Below are positions 27,737 through 38,304 of a stretch of DNA of 64,000 nucleotides, piece by piece. The stretch lies in assembly GCA_964399295.1 (NCBI GenBank), contig CAYNQD010000001.1:527672-591671 (forward strand), read 5' to 3'. Positions within the stretch are counted from its first letter, which is position 1. Each line of letters starts with the position of its first letter. The notes beneath the pieces are model-generated. The model saw only the letters and a list, made by a program, of their open reading frames with translations, was not told the origin of the DNA and searched no databases. The stretch is from an uncultured Candidatus Saccharibacteria bacterium. Lineage in GTDB: Bacteria; Patescibacteriota; Minisyncoccia; Phycocordibacterales; UBA918. The translations under genes were made by a program, and so were the position numbers.

Positions 27737-28393
27737 CTAGGTAGAGCCTGGGTCGATATATTCCGGGTTTAGGCGTTTGGGGCCTACACCCAGAATAAAC
27801 AACCCTAAGGACATAAGTACCAATGTTCCCGGTTCTGGAACGTTGGTGGTGTTTACCTTGCTGATGGTGAACACCCAGTCTGGATCGGCATTACTACTAC
27901 CGTTCCAGTAAAACTGGTTAAGCAGTCCACCATCATCCATGGCGGTGACAAGCCATTCTACCTCTGATATAGGTAGAAAAGGACTTGCCGTAAAAGTATC
28001 GCCCACCATCCACGTGTTGTAAAACACGTTAAAAGTTGACCTGGCCTGGGCCAAGATATCTGTACCGGCATCTATCGCCAGAACAAGACTATCGAGCCCC
28101 CATCCAGGGGAGGAAGTGACGGCGCTATGAACGCCCCACGCCCCAAACAACTGATACTCTCCCTCAGCCAAGCTGAGGAAAGGCCCAGTGCGAGCAGTCG
28201 GGTCGTCATGCAAGCTTTGAAAGTGGTATTCACCACTTTCAACGATTTCCAGGTGTCCGGGATGTCCTGCCCTGACACTCATCCCGTTGCCTGTCTGTTC
28301 CCCTCCTACAAACTCGTAGAAAGGAATCGCCGCCGCGAACGACGACAAAGAAAGAGCGGTAGCAAAAACTAAAGACTTAACCACAGTATTCAT
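27737..28393 (-). CDS. Secreted protein with a PEP-CTERM-like C-terminal sorting signal
   Basis: The N-terminal signal peptide is MNTVVKSLVFATALSLSSFAAA. The C-terminus is NVPEPGTLVLMSLGLFILGVGPKRL, that is VPEP, then a hydrophobic helix, then a basic cluster. Confidence 0.5.
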   Translation of the reverse strand: MNTVVKSLVFATALSLSSFAAAIPFYEFVGGEQTGNGMSVRAGHPGHLEIVESGEYHFQSLHDDPTARTGPFLSLAEGEYQLFGAWGVHSAVTSSPGWGLDSLVLAIDAGTDILAQARSTFNVFYNTWMVGDTFTASPFLPISEVEWLVTAMDDGGLLNQFYWNGSSNADPDWVFTISKVNTTNVPEPGTLVLMSLGLFILGVGPKRLNPEYIDPGST

Positions 28394-28513
28394 TAGAATA
28401 CCTCCTAAAAGTTATTAAAAAAACAAAGATGGCCAAAAAATAACCAGACCGTGTTTACTTATAACATGTTTTATAAAAAATGCAAATTTTTCTAAATCTG
28501 TTAGGATAATACA

Positions 28514-30715
28514 ATGAACCTATTTGACAACCTCACTCTCCATTTCCGCATCAACAGCGACCAACAAAAAGCTCTGAAAAAATTAAATTTAATTACCGTT
28601 GAAGATTTGCTTTATCACCTGCCCGTCCGCTACGAAAATATCAGCGACATCCAATCCATCAGCGGACTGATGAAAGACCAGGAAGCGGTAGTATACGGCC
28701 AGCTCACCAATCTCAAGACCCGCAAGGCTTGGAAAAGCAAAGTCCCCATTGCCGAAGCCTTCATTGAGGACGGTTCGGCGCGCATGAAAGTGCTGTGGTT
28801 CCACCAGCCCTACCTAGCCAAAATGTATCAAGAAGGAGCTTATGTAAAATTAGCGGGCAAGGTAGCCGGTGGTGAAGGTAAGCTCTATCTGTCCAACCCC
28901 GAAATAGAATTATTAAGCCACCTCCCCATCGACCGCCACGATTCGATTTTTAGAAATAGTGAAATCGAGGAAGACACTCTTTTTCCAGTTTACCGCGAGA
29001 CCAAAGGCATCACCAGCAAATGGTTCTACCACACGATTTTGAAATGTTTTGAAAAAGGAATCCTCGAACAAATCGAAGACCCACTGCCGGTAAAAATTAC
29101 AAAAACTTATAATTTACCCGAACTAAAAACCGCTCTCATCTGGATACATTCTCCCAAAAAAGTTTCTCACGCCGAAAGTGCCAGAAAACGTTTTGCCTTT
29201 GAGGAAGTGTTTTACATTCAAGTACAAAAAGCCCGCGAACGAGCCGAAGCCAATATAGCAAACACCTATCAAATCAACACCGACAAAAAACACCTAGCGG
29301 CTTTTACTCAGCGTTTTCCTTTCTCTTTGACAGAAGCGCAAAATAAAGCCATTGAAGCCATTACCAAAAATTTTACCGGCCGGCACGCCATGTCTCGCTT
29401 ACTGGAAGGCGATGTCGGTAGCGGCAAGACAGCGGTAGCAGCGACGACAGCTTACGCGGTGGTAACATCGCGCCCACCCGAAGGGCTTAAGGATAATTCT
29501 GGTAATCCGGCAAAATTATCAGAATTGCAATACGGCAACCTGCAAACAGCCTACATGGCCCCAACCGAGATTTTAGCCAAGCAACATTTCCAGAGTTTTA
29601 TTGAGTATTTCAAACACCTACCAATCCAAATCGGCTTACTCACCGGAAGCGGCTGCCAAAAATTTCCTTCAAAATCCAATCCCGACAAAGCCACGCCCAT
29701 TTCCAAAGCCCAGCTGCTGAAGTGGGTCAAAAATGGCGAAATTCCAATCCTAATCGGCACACATTCACTCATCTATAAAAGCGTGGAATTCAAACACCTC
29801 GCTTACGTCATAATAGACGAACAACACCGCTTCGGCACCAACCAGCGCAAACTACTCGCCAAGAAAAACGACTATCTGCCGCACCTGCTTTCCATGACAG
29901 CCACACCCATTCCCCGCACCCTCGCCCTCACCATTTATGGAGACTTGGATATCACTCTACTCGACCAAATGCCGAGCGGCCGCAAGCCAGTCATCACCAA
30001 AGTCGTCGGCCCGGGACAATCCAAAGACATGTACAAACACGTGCAAGCGGAATTAAAAGCTGGCCGCCAAGCGTACGTAATTTGCCCACGCATAGATGAG
30101 CCAGACCCAGATAAAGCCAATGTTTTGAATTTAAAAAACGTCACCACCGAAGCCGAGCGTCTGAAAAAAAATGAATTTGCCGGCTACAAAATCGGTATCA
30201 TGCACAGCAAAATGACTCCGGCAGAAAAAGATAAAATCATGGCCGCTTTTTCCGCTCACAAGCTTGATATTTTGGTTTCTACTTCCGTGGTAGAAGTGGG
30301 CGTAAATGTCCCCAACGCCACCAACATAATTATTGAAGGCGCGGAACGCTTTGGTTTGTCGCAATTGCACCAATTGCGCGGCCGCGTGATTCGTGGCAAT
30401 CATCAAGCCTATTGTTTTGCCGTGACCGACAGCAAAAGCGAAAAAACCAAAGACCGCCTTAAAGCTCTGACCACCGCTAAAAATGGCTTTGAGCTCTCTG
30501 AATACGATTTGCAATTCCGTGGCACAGGCGACCTCTACGGACAAAAACAATCCGGCTTATCTGACATAGGTATGGAAGCGATAAAAAATCTAAAGTTGGT
30601 TGCAGCCGCTCGTGCTGAAGCCAAAAAAATAATCGCGGCTGATTCCACCTTGCAAGCCAACCCTCTCATTGCCAAAAAAGTTTCTCTGCTTGATAAAAAT
30701 CTGCATTTGGAGTAG
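28514..30715 (+). CDS. recG: ATP-dependent DNA helicase RecG
   Basis: 733 aa. It has a wedge domain followed by a superfamily-2 helicase: Walker A LEGDVGSGKT, DEQHRFG (DEAH-like) and QLHQLRGRVIRG (motif VI). Confidence 0.85.
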   Translation: MNLFDNLTLHFRINSDQQKALKKLNLITVEDLLYHLPVRYENISDIQSISGLMKDQEAVVYGQLTNLKTRKAWKSKVPIAEAFIEDGSARMKVLWFHQPYLAKMYQEGAYVKLAGKVAGGEGKLYLSNPEIELLSHLPIDRHDSIFRNSEIEEDTLFPVYRETKGITSKWFYHTILKCFEKGILEQIEDPLPVKITKTYNLPELKTALIWIHSPKKVSHAESARKRFAFEEVFYIQVQKARERAEANIANTYQINTDKKHLAAFTQRFPFSLTEAQNKAIEAITKNFTGRHAMSRLLEGDVGSGKTAVAATTAYAVVTSRPPEGLKDNSGNPAKLSELQYGNLQTAYMAPTEILAKQHFQSFIEYFKHLPIQIGLLTGSGCQKFPSKSNPDKATPISKAQLLKWVKNGEIPILIGTHSLIYKSVEFKHLAYVIIDEQHRFGTNQRKLLAKKNDYLPHLLSMTATPIPRTLALTIYGDLDITLLDQMPSGRKPVITKVVGPGQSKDMYKHVQAELKAGRQAYVICPRIDEPDPDKANVLNLKNVTTEAERLKKNEFAGYKIGIMHSKMTPAEKDKIMAAFSAHKLDILVSTSVVEVGVNVPNATNIIIEGAERFGLSQLHQLRGRVIRGNHQAYCFAVTDSKSEKTKDRLKALTTAKNGFELSEYDLQFRGTGDLYGQKQSGLSDIGMEAIKNLKLVAAARAEAKKIIAADSTLQANPLIAKKVSLLDKNLHLE

Positions 30716-30924
30716 AGGCAGGTCTAGTATAAATAAATTGAGCAGCTATCCATGGACAGATAGCTGCTCATACAAAGCATCGAGGCTTGACGTCCTGCGA
30801 TTGGTCGGTTGCTAAACAAGCCCCGATGCTAGGTAGATCAATCTCACCCCCTTTACAAGTTGATCTATCAATATTAAATACCAATCCGACAAAAATTACA
30901 AGAAGATGCGCCTGAAAAAGCATG

Positions 30925-30953
30925 TTGAGTTACTGGCAAAATTACGGTATAGT
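30925..30953 (+). promoter_or_regulatory. Candidate sigma70-type promoter for the downstream tRNA
   Basis: TTGAGT (30925-30930), a 17-nt spacer, then TATAGT (30948-30953). The tRNA begins about 25 nt downstream. Confidence 0.3.
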
Positions 30954-30978
30954 TTTGACACTCTTACGTCAAGAGGTT

Positions 30979-31051
30979 CCGCCAATAGCTCAGTTGGTAG
31001 AGCGCAGAGCTTATACCTCTGTGGTCCTTGGTTCGAGTCCAAGTTGGCGGA
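30979..31051 (+). tRNA. tRNA with anticodon TAT (AUA-decoding tRNA-Ile, UAU)
   Basis: The cloverleaf is CCGCCAA/TTGGCGG for the acceptor, U8, GCTC/GAGC for the D-stem, CAGAG-CTTATAC-CTCTG for the anticodon arm (U33, A37), a 5-nt variable loop, CTTGG-TTCGAGT-CCAAG for the T-arm, and an A73 discriminator. CCA is not encoded. Confidence 0.7.
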
Positions 31052-31096
31052 CTTTGTTTTGAATTTCATATCCTTCTAGTGTTATAATCAAAAGTA

Positions 31097-32599
31097 ATGC
31101 GCTTCTTTAAATTCAGCTTTCTAAATCTAGGCTTAGCCTTGCTGGTGATTTTTATTTTGGTTTTTGGGTATAAATTTTTTAATCCCAAAGCGCCAGAGTG
31201 GGTAATGGCCACGGTTGAGCGCGGTGATGTTACCGAACTGGTCTCAGTTTCCGGTTTTGTGGAAGCCAAACAAATCGCAAATATTGCCTTCCCCACCACT
31301 GGCAGAGTTACCGACGTTTTTGTGGAGGAAGGATCGATCGTGCAAGCCGGTGAAGTCTTGGCGACTCTGGCCAGCACCCAGCTAGTCGCGGAAAGAAATG
31401 AAGCTTCAGCGTCGCTCGCTATCGCTCGCGCCGCCTACCAAGAAACAGCCGCCGGCCCGCGTACTGAAACCATTGCTCTGGCTGAAGCTAATATCAGCGG
31501 TGCCGAAGCTAATTTGGAAAGGGTAAAAGCAGAAGAAAGTCGTAAGGTTGAAAACGCACGAGCAGCCCTGTATTCGACAGGACTAACAGCCACCGCCATC
31601 GACCCCAATGAAGCCAGCATTCCGCCAATTGTCAGCGGTAGTTATCGTTGCGAGACCGAAGGAAAATACATGATAGAAGTTTACCGCTCTTCCAGTGACT
31701 CCGGCTATTCCTACCACTACAGCGGACTTGAGACTGGAACGGCCTTGGTAAGTGTCGTTCAGCCGGCAGCTATCGGCAATTGCGGTTTGTATTTGCACTT
31801 TACCGGCGGAAATTCATACACTGATTCAAAGTGGCAAATCGAAATTCCCAATACCCGCAGCAACAACTACAACGCTCTAAACAATGCTTATATCCTAGCT
31901 TCCACCCAAGCCAAAAACACCATCGCCGCCGCTGAAAATTCTCTGAATCTGGCCAGAAAAGAAGCCGGCTTATCGACTGCGCCGGCTCGTAGCGAATCCA
32001 TTCGGCAAGCAGAAGCCAGCATCGCCCAAGCCGAAGCTAGAGTGAGGACGATTGATGCTCGTCTGACTGATCGTTCTGTCGTCGCTCCCTTTGCCGGTAT
32101 TGTCACCAAGGTTTCTATTACTGCCGGAGAAACAGCGCCGGCGACACCGGTAATCTCAGTTTTGGCGGACAACACCTTTACCCTCAAGGCGCGAATTCCG
32201 GAAATTGACATCACGAAAATTTCTGTAAGCCAATCCGTGGAAACAATCTTTGACGCCAAAAGTGACGAAACCCTAACCGGTAAAATTACCAACATCTCAC
32301 CGGTAGCCACCCAGATTGATGGTGTCGCCTACTTTGAAGTAATTATCGCTCTCGACCAAAATCCCAGCTGGTTGCGCGCCGGACTAAATGCTGATGTCGA
32401 TATTATTATTGAAAAAAGAGAGAATGTTTTACGAATTCCCAAGCGTTATCTTATGAAAACTGATCAAAATGAATACCTGGTAGCGCAACCCCGAGGAAAC
32501 AAAACCGCCAGCACCAGTATCGAGGTACTATTTTCCGGCAATGACGGCTTTGTGGAAATCGGCGGTTTGAGTGAGGGTGAGGTTGTAATTATCCCTTAG
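31097..32599 (+). CDS. HlyD/MacA-family periplasmic adaptor (membrane fusion protein)
   Basis: It has an N-terminal TM anchor and a biotinyl/lipoyl-like hairpin (GRVTDVFVEEGSIVQAGEVLATL). There is a coiled-coil region and a C-terminal beta-barrel. It lies upstream of the ABC permease and ATPase. Confidence 0.7.
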   Translation: MRFFKFSFLNLGLALLVIFILVFGYKFFNPKAPEWVMATVERGDVTELVSVSGFVEAKQIANIAFPTTGRVTDVFVEEGSIVQAGEVLATLASTQLVAERNEASASLAIARAAYQETAAGPRTETIALAEANISGAEANLERVKAEESRKVENARAALYSTGLTATAIDPNEASIPPIVSGSYRCETEGKYMIEVYRSSSDSGYSYHYSGLETGTALVSVVQPAAIGNCGLYLHFTGGNSYTDSKWQIEIPNTRSNNYNALNNAYILASTQAKNTIAAAENSLNLARKEAGLSTAPARSESIRQAEASIAQAEARVRTIDARLTDRSVVAPFAGIVTKVSITAGETAPATPVISVLADNTFTLKARIPEIDITKISVSQSVETIFDAKSDETLTGKITNISPVATQIDGVAYFEVIIALDQNPSWLRAGLNADVDIIIEKRENVLRIPKRYLMKTDQNEYLVAQPRGNKTASTSIEVLFSGNDGFVEIGGLSEGEVVIIP

Positions 32600-32603
32600 T
32601 AAT

Positions 32604-33851
32604 ATGCGCAGTCTTCGCATCGGTCTTCTTTTAGGGCTTCGCCAAATTCAAAGGGCCAGCATTTGGACAACTTCCCTCATCATCTTCGTGATGATGTTGA
32701 CGTTTTTAAACCTGATTGCCGTGTCGGGCGTGCTGGTCGGATTGATTGAAGGCGCTGAACGAGCCGTGCGTGAAAGCGCACTTGGCGACATAGTGATTAC
32801 CAAACTCGACGAAGAAGACCGAATTTTGGAGACCGAGGCCTTTGTTCGGGAAATGGCAGCCTATCCCGAAATATCCACCTACTCAGTCCGCTACAAAGCC
32901 GGCGGCACCTTGGAAGCAAACTACAAAGAACGCCGCGACTTAAAAGGCGAACGAGATATAGCGGCCGTTAATGTAACCGGTATCAATCCCGCCCAAGAAC
33001 ACGCCATGACCGGCCTCGGTGATTTGATAGTTGAAGGCGAATATCTGGACCCCAATGAAGAAGGTTATATTTTAATCGGTGTCTATTATATTGAAGAATA
33101 CGCCATTCAGTTTGGTGATTTTTTCCCGTCTCTGGCCAATATCCATCCGGGTGACACTGTGAGGCTGACTCACGGCAATGTTTCCAAAGAATTTATCGTC
33201 AAAGGCATAATCGAATCTAAAGTTGATGAAGTAAATCTTTCTACCTACATTCCCGATCGAGAATTCAGACGTTTATTCAACCGTCTTGATAGAAATGCCG
33301 ATCAGATTGTGATTCGCACCACGAAACCAGGAGACAATCTCTCAGTAGCAGCCTCCATGAAAGCCAGCGGCCTCGACTCCTACGCCAAAATCCTTACCTT
33401 TGAAGAAAACCTGCCAAAATTTTTAATTGATATCAAGAATACTTTTAACGTTCTCGGGACTTTCATTGGCTCCATCGGCATCGTCGTCGCCTCCATTACC
33501 ATCTTCATCATTATCTTCATCAATGCTCTAGCCAGAAGACGACATATCGGTATTCTAAAAGGAATCGGCATAGACCGCAAAGTGATAGAAATTGCCTATG
33601 TTATTCAGGCCGCTTTTTACGCACTTGGCGGTTCTTTGCTTGGTGCTTTGTTGACTTATGGATTTTTGGTTCCCTACTTTGAGAAAAATCCGATTCAGTT
33701 TCCTTTTAGCGACGGCATTCTTTCGGCCGATCCTGAAGCCACTTTTTATAAGTTTGTAGTATTATTTATAATCACCTTAATTGCCGGTTTTGTTCCCGCT
33801 TGGCTTATCGCCAAACAAAACACCTTAAACGCCATTTTGGGCAGAAAATAA
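32604..33851 (+). CDS. ABC transporter permease (FtsX/MacB-like)
   Basis: 415 aa with an N-terminal TM, a large periplasmic domain and a C-terminal four-TM FtsX-like bundle. It is co-oriented with the adaptor and ATPase and separated from them by 4 and 1 bp. Confidence 0.7.
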   Translation: MRSLRIGLLLGLRQIQRASIWTTSLIIFVMMLTFLNLIAVSGVLVGLIEGAERAVRESALGDIVITKLDEEDRILETEAFVREMAAYPEISTYSVRYKAGGTLEANYKERRDLKGERDIAAVNVTGINPAQEHAMTGLGDLIVEGEYLDPNEEGYILIGVYYIEEYAIQFGDFFPSLANIHPGDTVRLTHGNVSKEFIVKGIIESKVDEVNLSTYIPDREFRRLFNRLDRNADQIVIRTTKPGDNLSVAASMKASGLDSYAKILTFEENLPKFLIDIKNTFNVLGTFIGSIGIVVASITIFIIIFINALARRRHIGILKGIGIDRKVIEIAYVIQAAFYALGGSLLGALLTYGFLVPYFEKNPIQFPFSDGILSADPEATFYKFVVLFIITLIAGFVPAWLIAKQNTLNAILGRK

Positions 33852-33852
33852 C

Positions 33853-34554
33853 ATGTCAATTATTAAAGCAAAAAATATTACACGCTCTTTCGGCAAAGAC
33901 AATTTAGTAACGCATGTTTTGCGCGGGATTGATATTGATATTTCTGAAGGTGAATTTGTCGCCATTATGGGTAAATCCGGTGCTGGAAAATCCACTCTCA
34001 TGTATCAGCTTTCCGTATTGGACACCCCGTCCTCCGGCCAGATTATGGTTGATGAAACCGACATTATAAACCTCACTGAAAAAGAAAAAACAGAATTTCG
34101 CTTAAACACATTGGGATATGTTTTCCAAGATTATGCGCTGGTTCCCGATTTATCGGCTCGCGAAAATATAATGATGCCGCTTTTGATGCGTGGTGAAGAT
34201 TGGACTAAATCCAGCCAAAAGGCTGACCACGCTCTTGACAGTGTAGGTCTTGAAGGAAAATATCTAAATCTCCCAGCTGAGCTTTCCGGCGGCGAACAGC
34301 AAAGAGTAGCCATTGCCCGAGCCATTGCCAGCAATCCGAAAATTATTTTTGCCGACGAACCAACCGCCAATCTCGATAGTATCTCCGGCAGTCAAGTCAT
34401 AGCCCTGCTCACCAAGCTCAATCGTGAACAACACCAGACCGTGGTCATGGTAACTCACGAACGCGAATACGCCCTAAACGTGCACCGCATAATTCACATG
34501 GAAGACGGCGTTATTGTGGGTGAGGAAAAATTACGAGAATTAAAAAGCGATTAA
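33853..34554 (+). CDS. ABC transporter ATP-binding protein (MacB/LolD-type)
   Basis: Walker [13 protein letters not shown] signature [14 protein letters not shown], Walker B IIFADEP and H-loop VTHE. Confidence 0.85.
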   Translation: MSIIKAKNITRSFGKDNLVTHVLRGIDIDISEGEFVAIMGKSGAGKSTLMYQLSVLDTPSSGQIMVDETDIINLTEKEKTEFRLNTLGYVFQDYALVPDLSARENIMMPLLMRGEDWTKSSQKADHALDSVGLEGKYLNLPAELSGGEQQRVAIARAIASNPKIIFADEPTANLDSISGSQVIALLTKLNREQHQTVVMVTHEREYALNVHRIIHMEDGVIVGEEKLRELKSD

Positions 34555-36684
34555 ACCTGGATTGGTGGGATCGGCTACTTTTTCATCTTCTTCCCGTTGC
34601 TTCTTATAAACATCTTGGATTTCCACTCCTTCCCGCTTAAGCAGCGCTTCATATTCTTCACGCTCCAAAGTCTCCACCTCCGCCAAGCGTTTAGAAATAA
34701 CATCAAGCGCGCTTCTGTACTTGGTCAAAATTTCCCGCGCGCGATTTTTTCCATCATCAATAATTTTTTGTACCTCATCGTCAATCGCCTTGGCTACCTG
34801 CGGTGAAAATCCACGGTCTTCACTCAGTCCGCCGCCGATCATTCTGCCGCCGGTGCCTTCAAAAGCAATCGGGCCAAGCGAACTCATGCCGTATTTAGTC
34901 ACCATATCACGAGCTAGATTGGCTACCACCTGAAGGTCGTTGCTAGGGCCGGTCGTCAAATCACCAAATACCATTTCCTCGGTCACATATCCTCCAAGCG
35001 TCATCGCAATATCATCAAGAAATTCTTTCCGGCTGTGCATGCGACGATCTTCATCCGGAAGCTTGAGCGTGTATCCAGCCGCTCGTCCGCGCGAAATAAT
35101 AGAAATCTTTTGCACCGGATCAGCGTACGGCAAAGCCGAAGCGACCAAAGCATGCCCGACCTCATGATAGGCGGTAAGTAGTTTTTCACGCGCTGACAAA
35201 ACATGACTCTTGCGCTCCGGACCGAGCATTACTTTCTCAATCGAACGAATAACATCAAATTGTCCCACTTTCTTGCGTTTTTCGCGCGCCGCCAAAATGG
35301 CCGCCTCGTTCATAAGTGAATACAAATCCGCTCCGGAAAAACCAGGCGTGCGCTGAGCCACAATTTCCAGATTGACATCCTCTTGCAAAGGCTTTTTGCG
35401 GGCATGAATTTTTAGAATTTCCTCACGGTCTTTTCGATCCGGCAAATCAATTGTCACTCGCCGATCAAAACGTCCCGGGCGAAGCAGAGCCGGATCAAGC
35501 ACGTCAGGGCGATTAGTGGCCGCCATCACGATCACCTTGGCGTTTGGCTCAAAACCATCCATCTCCACCAATATTTGATTGAGGGTTTGTTCACGCTCAT
35601 CATTTCCGCCGCCAACTCCGGTCCCGCGCACTCGTCCCACCGCGTCGATTTCATCAACAAAAATAATCGCCGGCGCTGCTTTCTTAGCCAAACCAAACAA
35701 ATCACGAACCCGAGAAGCACCCACCCCCACAAACATCTCCACAAATTCCGAACCGGAAATCGAGAAAAACGGCACCCCAGCTTCCCCGGCCACAGCCCTA
35801 GCCAAGAGCGTTTTACCGGTACCGGGCGCGCCCATCATCATTACTCCCTTGGGAATTTCAGCGCCGATATCAAGAAACTTCTTTGGATTTTTAAGAAAGT
35901 CTACAATTTCTTCCAGCTCCTGCTTAGCTTCCTTGGCTCCGGCCACGTCTTTGAAAGTAACTTTCTGAGCGGTGTCATTAGGATCAATCATGCGCGCCTT
36001 ACTAGAGCCAAAATTAAGCGCCTGCATTCCCGCCCCCTTAACCGAACGCATAAAAAACCAGATAATTATACCTAAAAACAGAAGCGGAAATATGAATGGC
36101 GCAAACTGCCCCAACCAGAAAGCAAAACCAGTCTCGCGTTGCACATCAATTTTGATAGTATTTAATTGCTCAGCAGTGACTCCGAGATTGGTTAGAGATT
36201 CGGTTACCGACGCATCCACTTCTCTTTTGGTTTCGGCAGAATTACGAGTTTCATCGTTGTAGCTGATTTCCAGCTGACTGCCACGAACGATAATTTCTTT
36301 AACCTCACCCGACCTTATCTGCTCCACCACTTCAGACAAGGAAAGCTGTTCTGGTTTTGGTTTGGTGTCAGTCAAATGACTGAAAACTAAAGTTATCAGG
36401 ATTAGTAAAAAAATCGTTGACAGCATGTTGTTCCAGAAGTTACCCGGCCCGATTGGCATTTGCTGGCCAACACCACGCAACTTGGTCATAGCTGAGTCTT
36501 TTTCTTCTTCAACTTTTTTTGGCTCCTGAACCTCAGGTTTGGTGTTTGAATCTTCGGCTTCATTTTTATCCACGTAAATAATAGTATCAGCAGACTTTTC
36601 CGTGTTTTCTTTTTCTGATTTTGACATATTACCCTGCATTATACATAAAAAAGCGAGTATTGCGAGAGTTTTAGTAAAGAACAT
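34540..36684 (-). CDS. ftsH: ATP-dependent zinc metalloprotease FtsH
   Basis: AAA+ Walker A GAPGTGKT, Walker B IIFVDEID, second region of homology, and the zinc-binding HEVGHAL. There is a Lys/Glu-rich N-terminal cytoplasmic extension. The true start may be the internal Met (MSKSEK, about 36627), because 36684 is 8 bp from divergent smpB. Confidence 0.85.
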   Translation of the reverse strand: MFFTKTLAILAFLCIMQGNMSKSEKENTEKSADTIIYVDKNEAEDSNTKPEVQEPKKVEEEKDSAMTKLRGVGQQMPIGPGNFWNNMLSTIFLLILITLVFSHLTDTKPKPEQLSLSEVVEQIRSGEVKEIIVRGSQLEISYNDETRNSAETKREVDASVTESLTNLGVTAEQLNTIKIDVQRETGFAFWLGQFAPFIFPLLFLGIIIWFFMRSVKGAGMQALNFGSSKARMIDPNDTAQKVTFKDVAGAKEAKQELEEIVDFLKNPKKFLDIGAEIPKGVMMMGAPGTGKTLLARAVAGEAGVPFFSISGSEFVEMFVGVGASRVRDLFGLAKKAAPAIIFVDEIDAVGRVRGTGVGGGNDEREQTLNQILVEMDGFEPNAKVIVMAATNRPDVLDPALLRPGRFDRRVTIDLPDRKDREEILKIHARKKPLQEDVNLEIVAQRTPGFSGADLYSLMNEAAILAAREKRKKVGQFDVIRSIEKVMLGPERKSHVLSAREKLLTAYHEVGHALVASALPYADPVQKISIISRGRAAGYTLKLPDEDRRMHSRKEFLDDIAMTLGGYVTEEMVFGDLTTGPSNDLQVVANLARDMVTKYGMSSLGPIAFEGTGGRMIGGGLSEDRGFSPQVAKAIDDEVQKIIDDGKNRAREILTKYRSALDVISKRLAEVETLEREEYEALLKREGVEIQDVYKKQREEDEKVADPTNPGLIAF

Positions 36685-36728
36685 AAGGATATTTGCCGAA
36701 ATCCGATATAAACCCTATAGTTAGGATC

Positions 36729-37175
36729 ATGACCGATTTTATACGCAACAAAAAAGCTACCTTTGATTTTGAAATTCTGGAAACTTTTGAAGCCGGAGTG
36801 GTTTTGACTGGCAGTGAAGTCAAGGCCCTTCGGGTTGGCAAAGCCAGTTTAAACGGCGCTTATGTGGTGATTCGTGGTGGTGAAGCTTGGCTACTTGGAG
36901 CTTCCATCAGCCCCTTTCAAGTCGCCAACACGCCCAAAAATTACGATCCGGAGCGCACACGCAAACTCCTTTTGACCAAAAAGCAGCTAGCCGAGCTTGG
37001 ACGTTATGGAGAACAGCCTGGTTTGACAATTGTGGCAATGAAGTGGTATAATGAAAAAAGACATATCAAGCTCCAAATCGCCCTGGCGCGCGGCAAGAAA
37101 AAAGCCGACAAACGCGAGAAGCTCAAAGAGCGAGACACCAAGCGCGATATTGAACGTATTTTGAAAAATCAGTAA
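36729..37175 (+). CDS. smpB: SsrA-binding protein SmpB
   Basis: KKATFDFEILETFEAGVVLTGSEVKALR ... KKQLAELG matches SmpB throughout. The start is placed at MTDFIRN, and the ORF track start at 36693 is 8 bp from divergent ftsH. Confidence 0.85.
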   Translation: MTDFIRNKKATFDFEILETFEAGVVLTGSEVKALRVGKASLNGAYVVIRGGEAWLLGASISPFQVANTPKNYDPERTRKLLLTKKQLAELGRYGEQPGLTIVAMKWYNEKRHIKLQIALARGKKKADKREKLKERDTKRDIERILKNQ

Positions 37176-37398
37176 CTACTCTCATCAGGGGAAAATAATG
37201 GATGATTTACACGTTTTAGGGATTACAAAAATAATTTTATTGTTATTGATTATATTTTAATGGTACAATGTGAGGAGTAGATAATTGACATATTTTATAC
37301 AATACACCATTCCCTGAAAGCGTCTGGGTCTGTAGGCTAGGGTTTCCCTTCCCTGCAATTCCCTCTTTCTCCACCGAAAATGTCTCCGGACATTTTCA

Positions 37399-37794
37399 GG
37401 GGATGCTAGGCATCGACGGTGAGTCGTGCTTTTTGTGTGCAGTGTGAGAGCTGCTCGAGACTCTCCAAAAACTCGAGTACTTTGTATGTGCAAAGAAAAG
37501 CATACCAAGTCCTTACGCTAACGCGTTTGGATTCGCTCCCGCTTTTGCGTAATCTTTTACGCAGGCCGTAGCGATGCTCTGCTTTCCGAGGTCTCATAAG
37601 GAAGTTGGAGTAGAATAGCCATGAGGCTTTGGCGACGAGGGCTGTTTCCCCTCGTTGCCGAGATTCTTGAAACTCGATTACTTTGCGTTTGGTCTCCCTT
37701 CTAGCTTAGTAATTTAAACCCAAAGCGAGACTACACACTGTAGATTCACAAAGACACCCTCATTCGGACGCGGGTTCAATTCTCGCCATCTCCA
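37399..37794 (+). ncRNA. ssrA: tmRNA (ssrA)
   Basis: The 5' end GGGGATGCTAGGCATCGACGG matches the conserved tmRNA start (GGGGnTG...TTCGACGG). The 3' tRNA-like domain is GGACGCGGGTTCAATTCTCGCCATCTCC-A, and its acceptor strand CATCTCC pairs with the 5' GGGGATG. A tag-like reading frame GCA AAG AAA AGC ATA CCA AGT CCT TAC GCT AAC GCG TTT GGA TTC GCT CCC GCT TTT GCG TAA encodes AKKSIPSPYANAFGFAPAFA*. It lies immediately downstream of smpB. Confidence 0.75.
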
Positions 37795-37896
37795 CAACAG
37801 TAACCACCTAAGGCCCAAGCATTGCTTTGGGCCTTAGGTGTATGGCTTTGAGCGGGTTCTAATATTTTTAGATCTCGGCAGAGATCCCGAGACTAC

Positions 37897-38304
37897 TTAT
37901 TGTGCATCCAGATAGTCTCTGAATCTGATCTTCAAAGCATCAATAACATCAGAGCGCTGGAAAAAATCTTCTACTGATATCAAGTCCCATTTATGGCCCT
38001 CGGTAAGAACAACAGAGTCCACGTCTTGTTTCACGATGCGAGCTACCATAAACAACGCTCTTTGAGTCGGATCTTTTTGAGCAGGATACTCCTTCTCCCA
38101 AATAAAAGATTGCTCCGTAAGGATAATTCCTAATTCTTCTTGAACTTCACGTATCGCGCATTCGTACGGAGTCTCTTCCCCCTCTCTGCCTCCTCCCGGG
38201 AAATCCCACATGTTCGCATTGAAAAGACCGGGCTTATTATCTCTCAAATGCATGAGAAGTTTGTCTTCATGTAAAAGTGCTACTTTGACACCGTGAAAAT
38301 TCAT
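37897..38304 (-). CDS. NUDIX hydrolase
   Basis: The Nudix box is GGGREGEETPYECAIREVQEELGI (GX5EX7REUXEEXGU). Confidence 0.75.
   Translation of the reverse strand: MNFHGVKVALLHEDKLLMHLRDNKPGLFNANMWDFPGGGREGEETPYECAIREVQEELGIILTEQSFIWEKEYPAQKDPTQRALFMVARIVKQDVDSVVLTEGHKWDLISVEDFFQRSDVIDALKIRFRDYLDAQ

Noticed and set aside
34597-36262. Multiple ORFs of 60-170 aa antisense to or frame-shifted within ftsH
   Set aside because: They are fully nested in a highly conserved ftsH reading frame. Compositional artefacts of this kind are typical of long genes.
37257-37597. ORFs on the minus strand (37257..37508 and 37406..37597) called by the six-frame track
   Set aside because: They lie entirely within or antisense to the tmRNA gene and its leader. 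They have no SD and no homology, so they are spurious.
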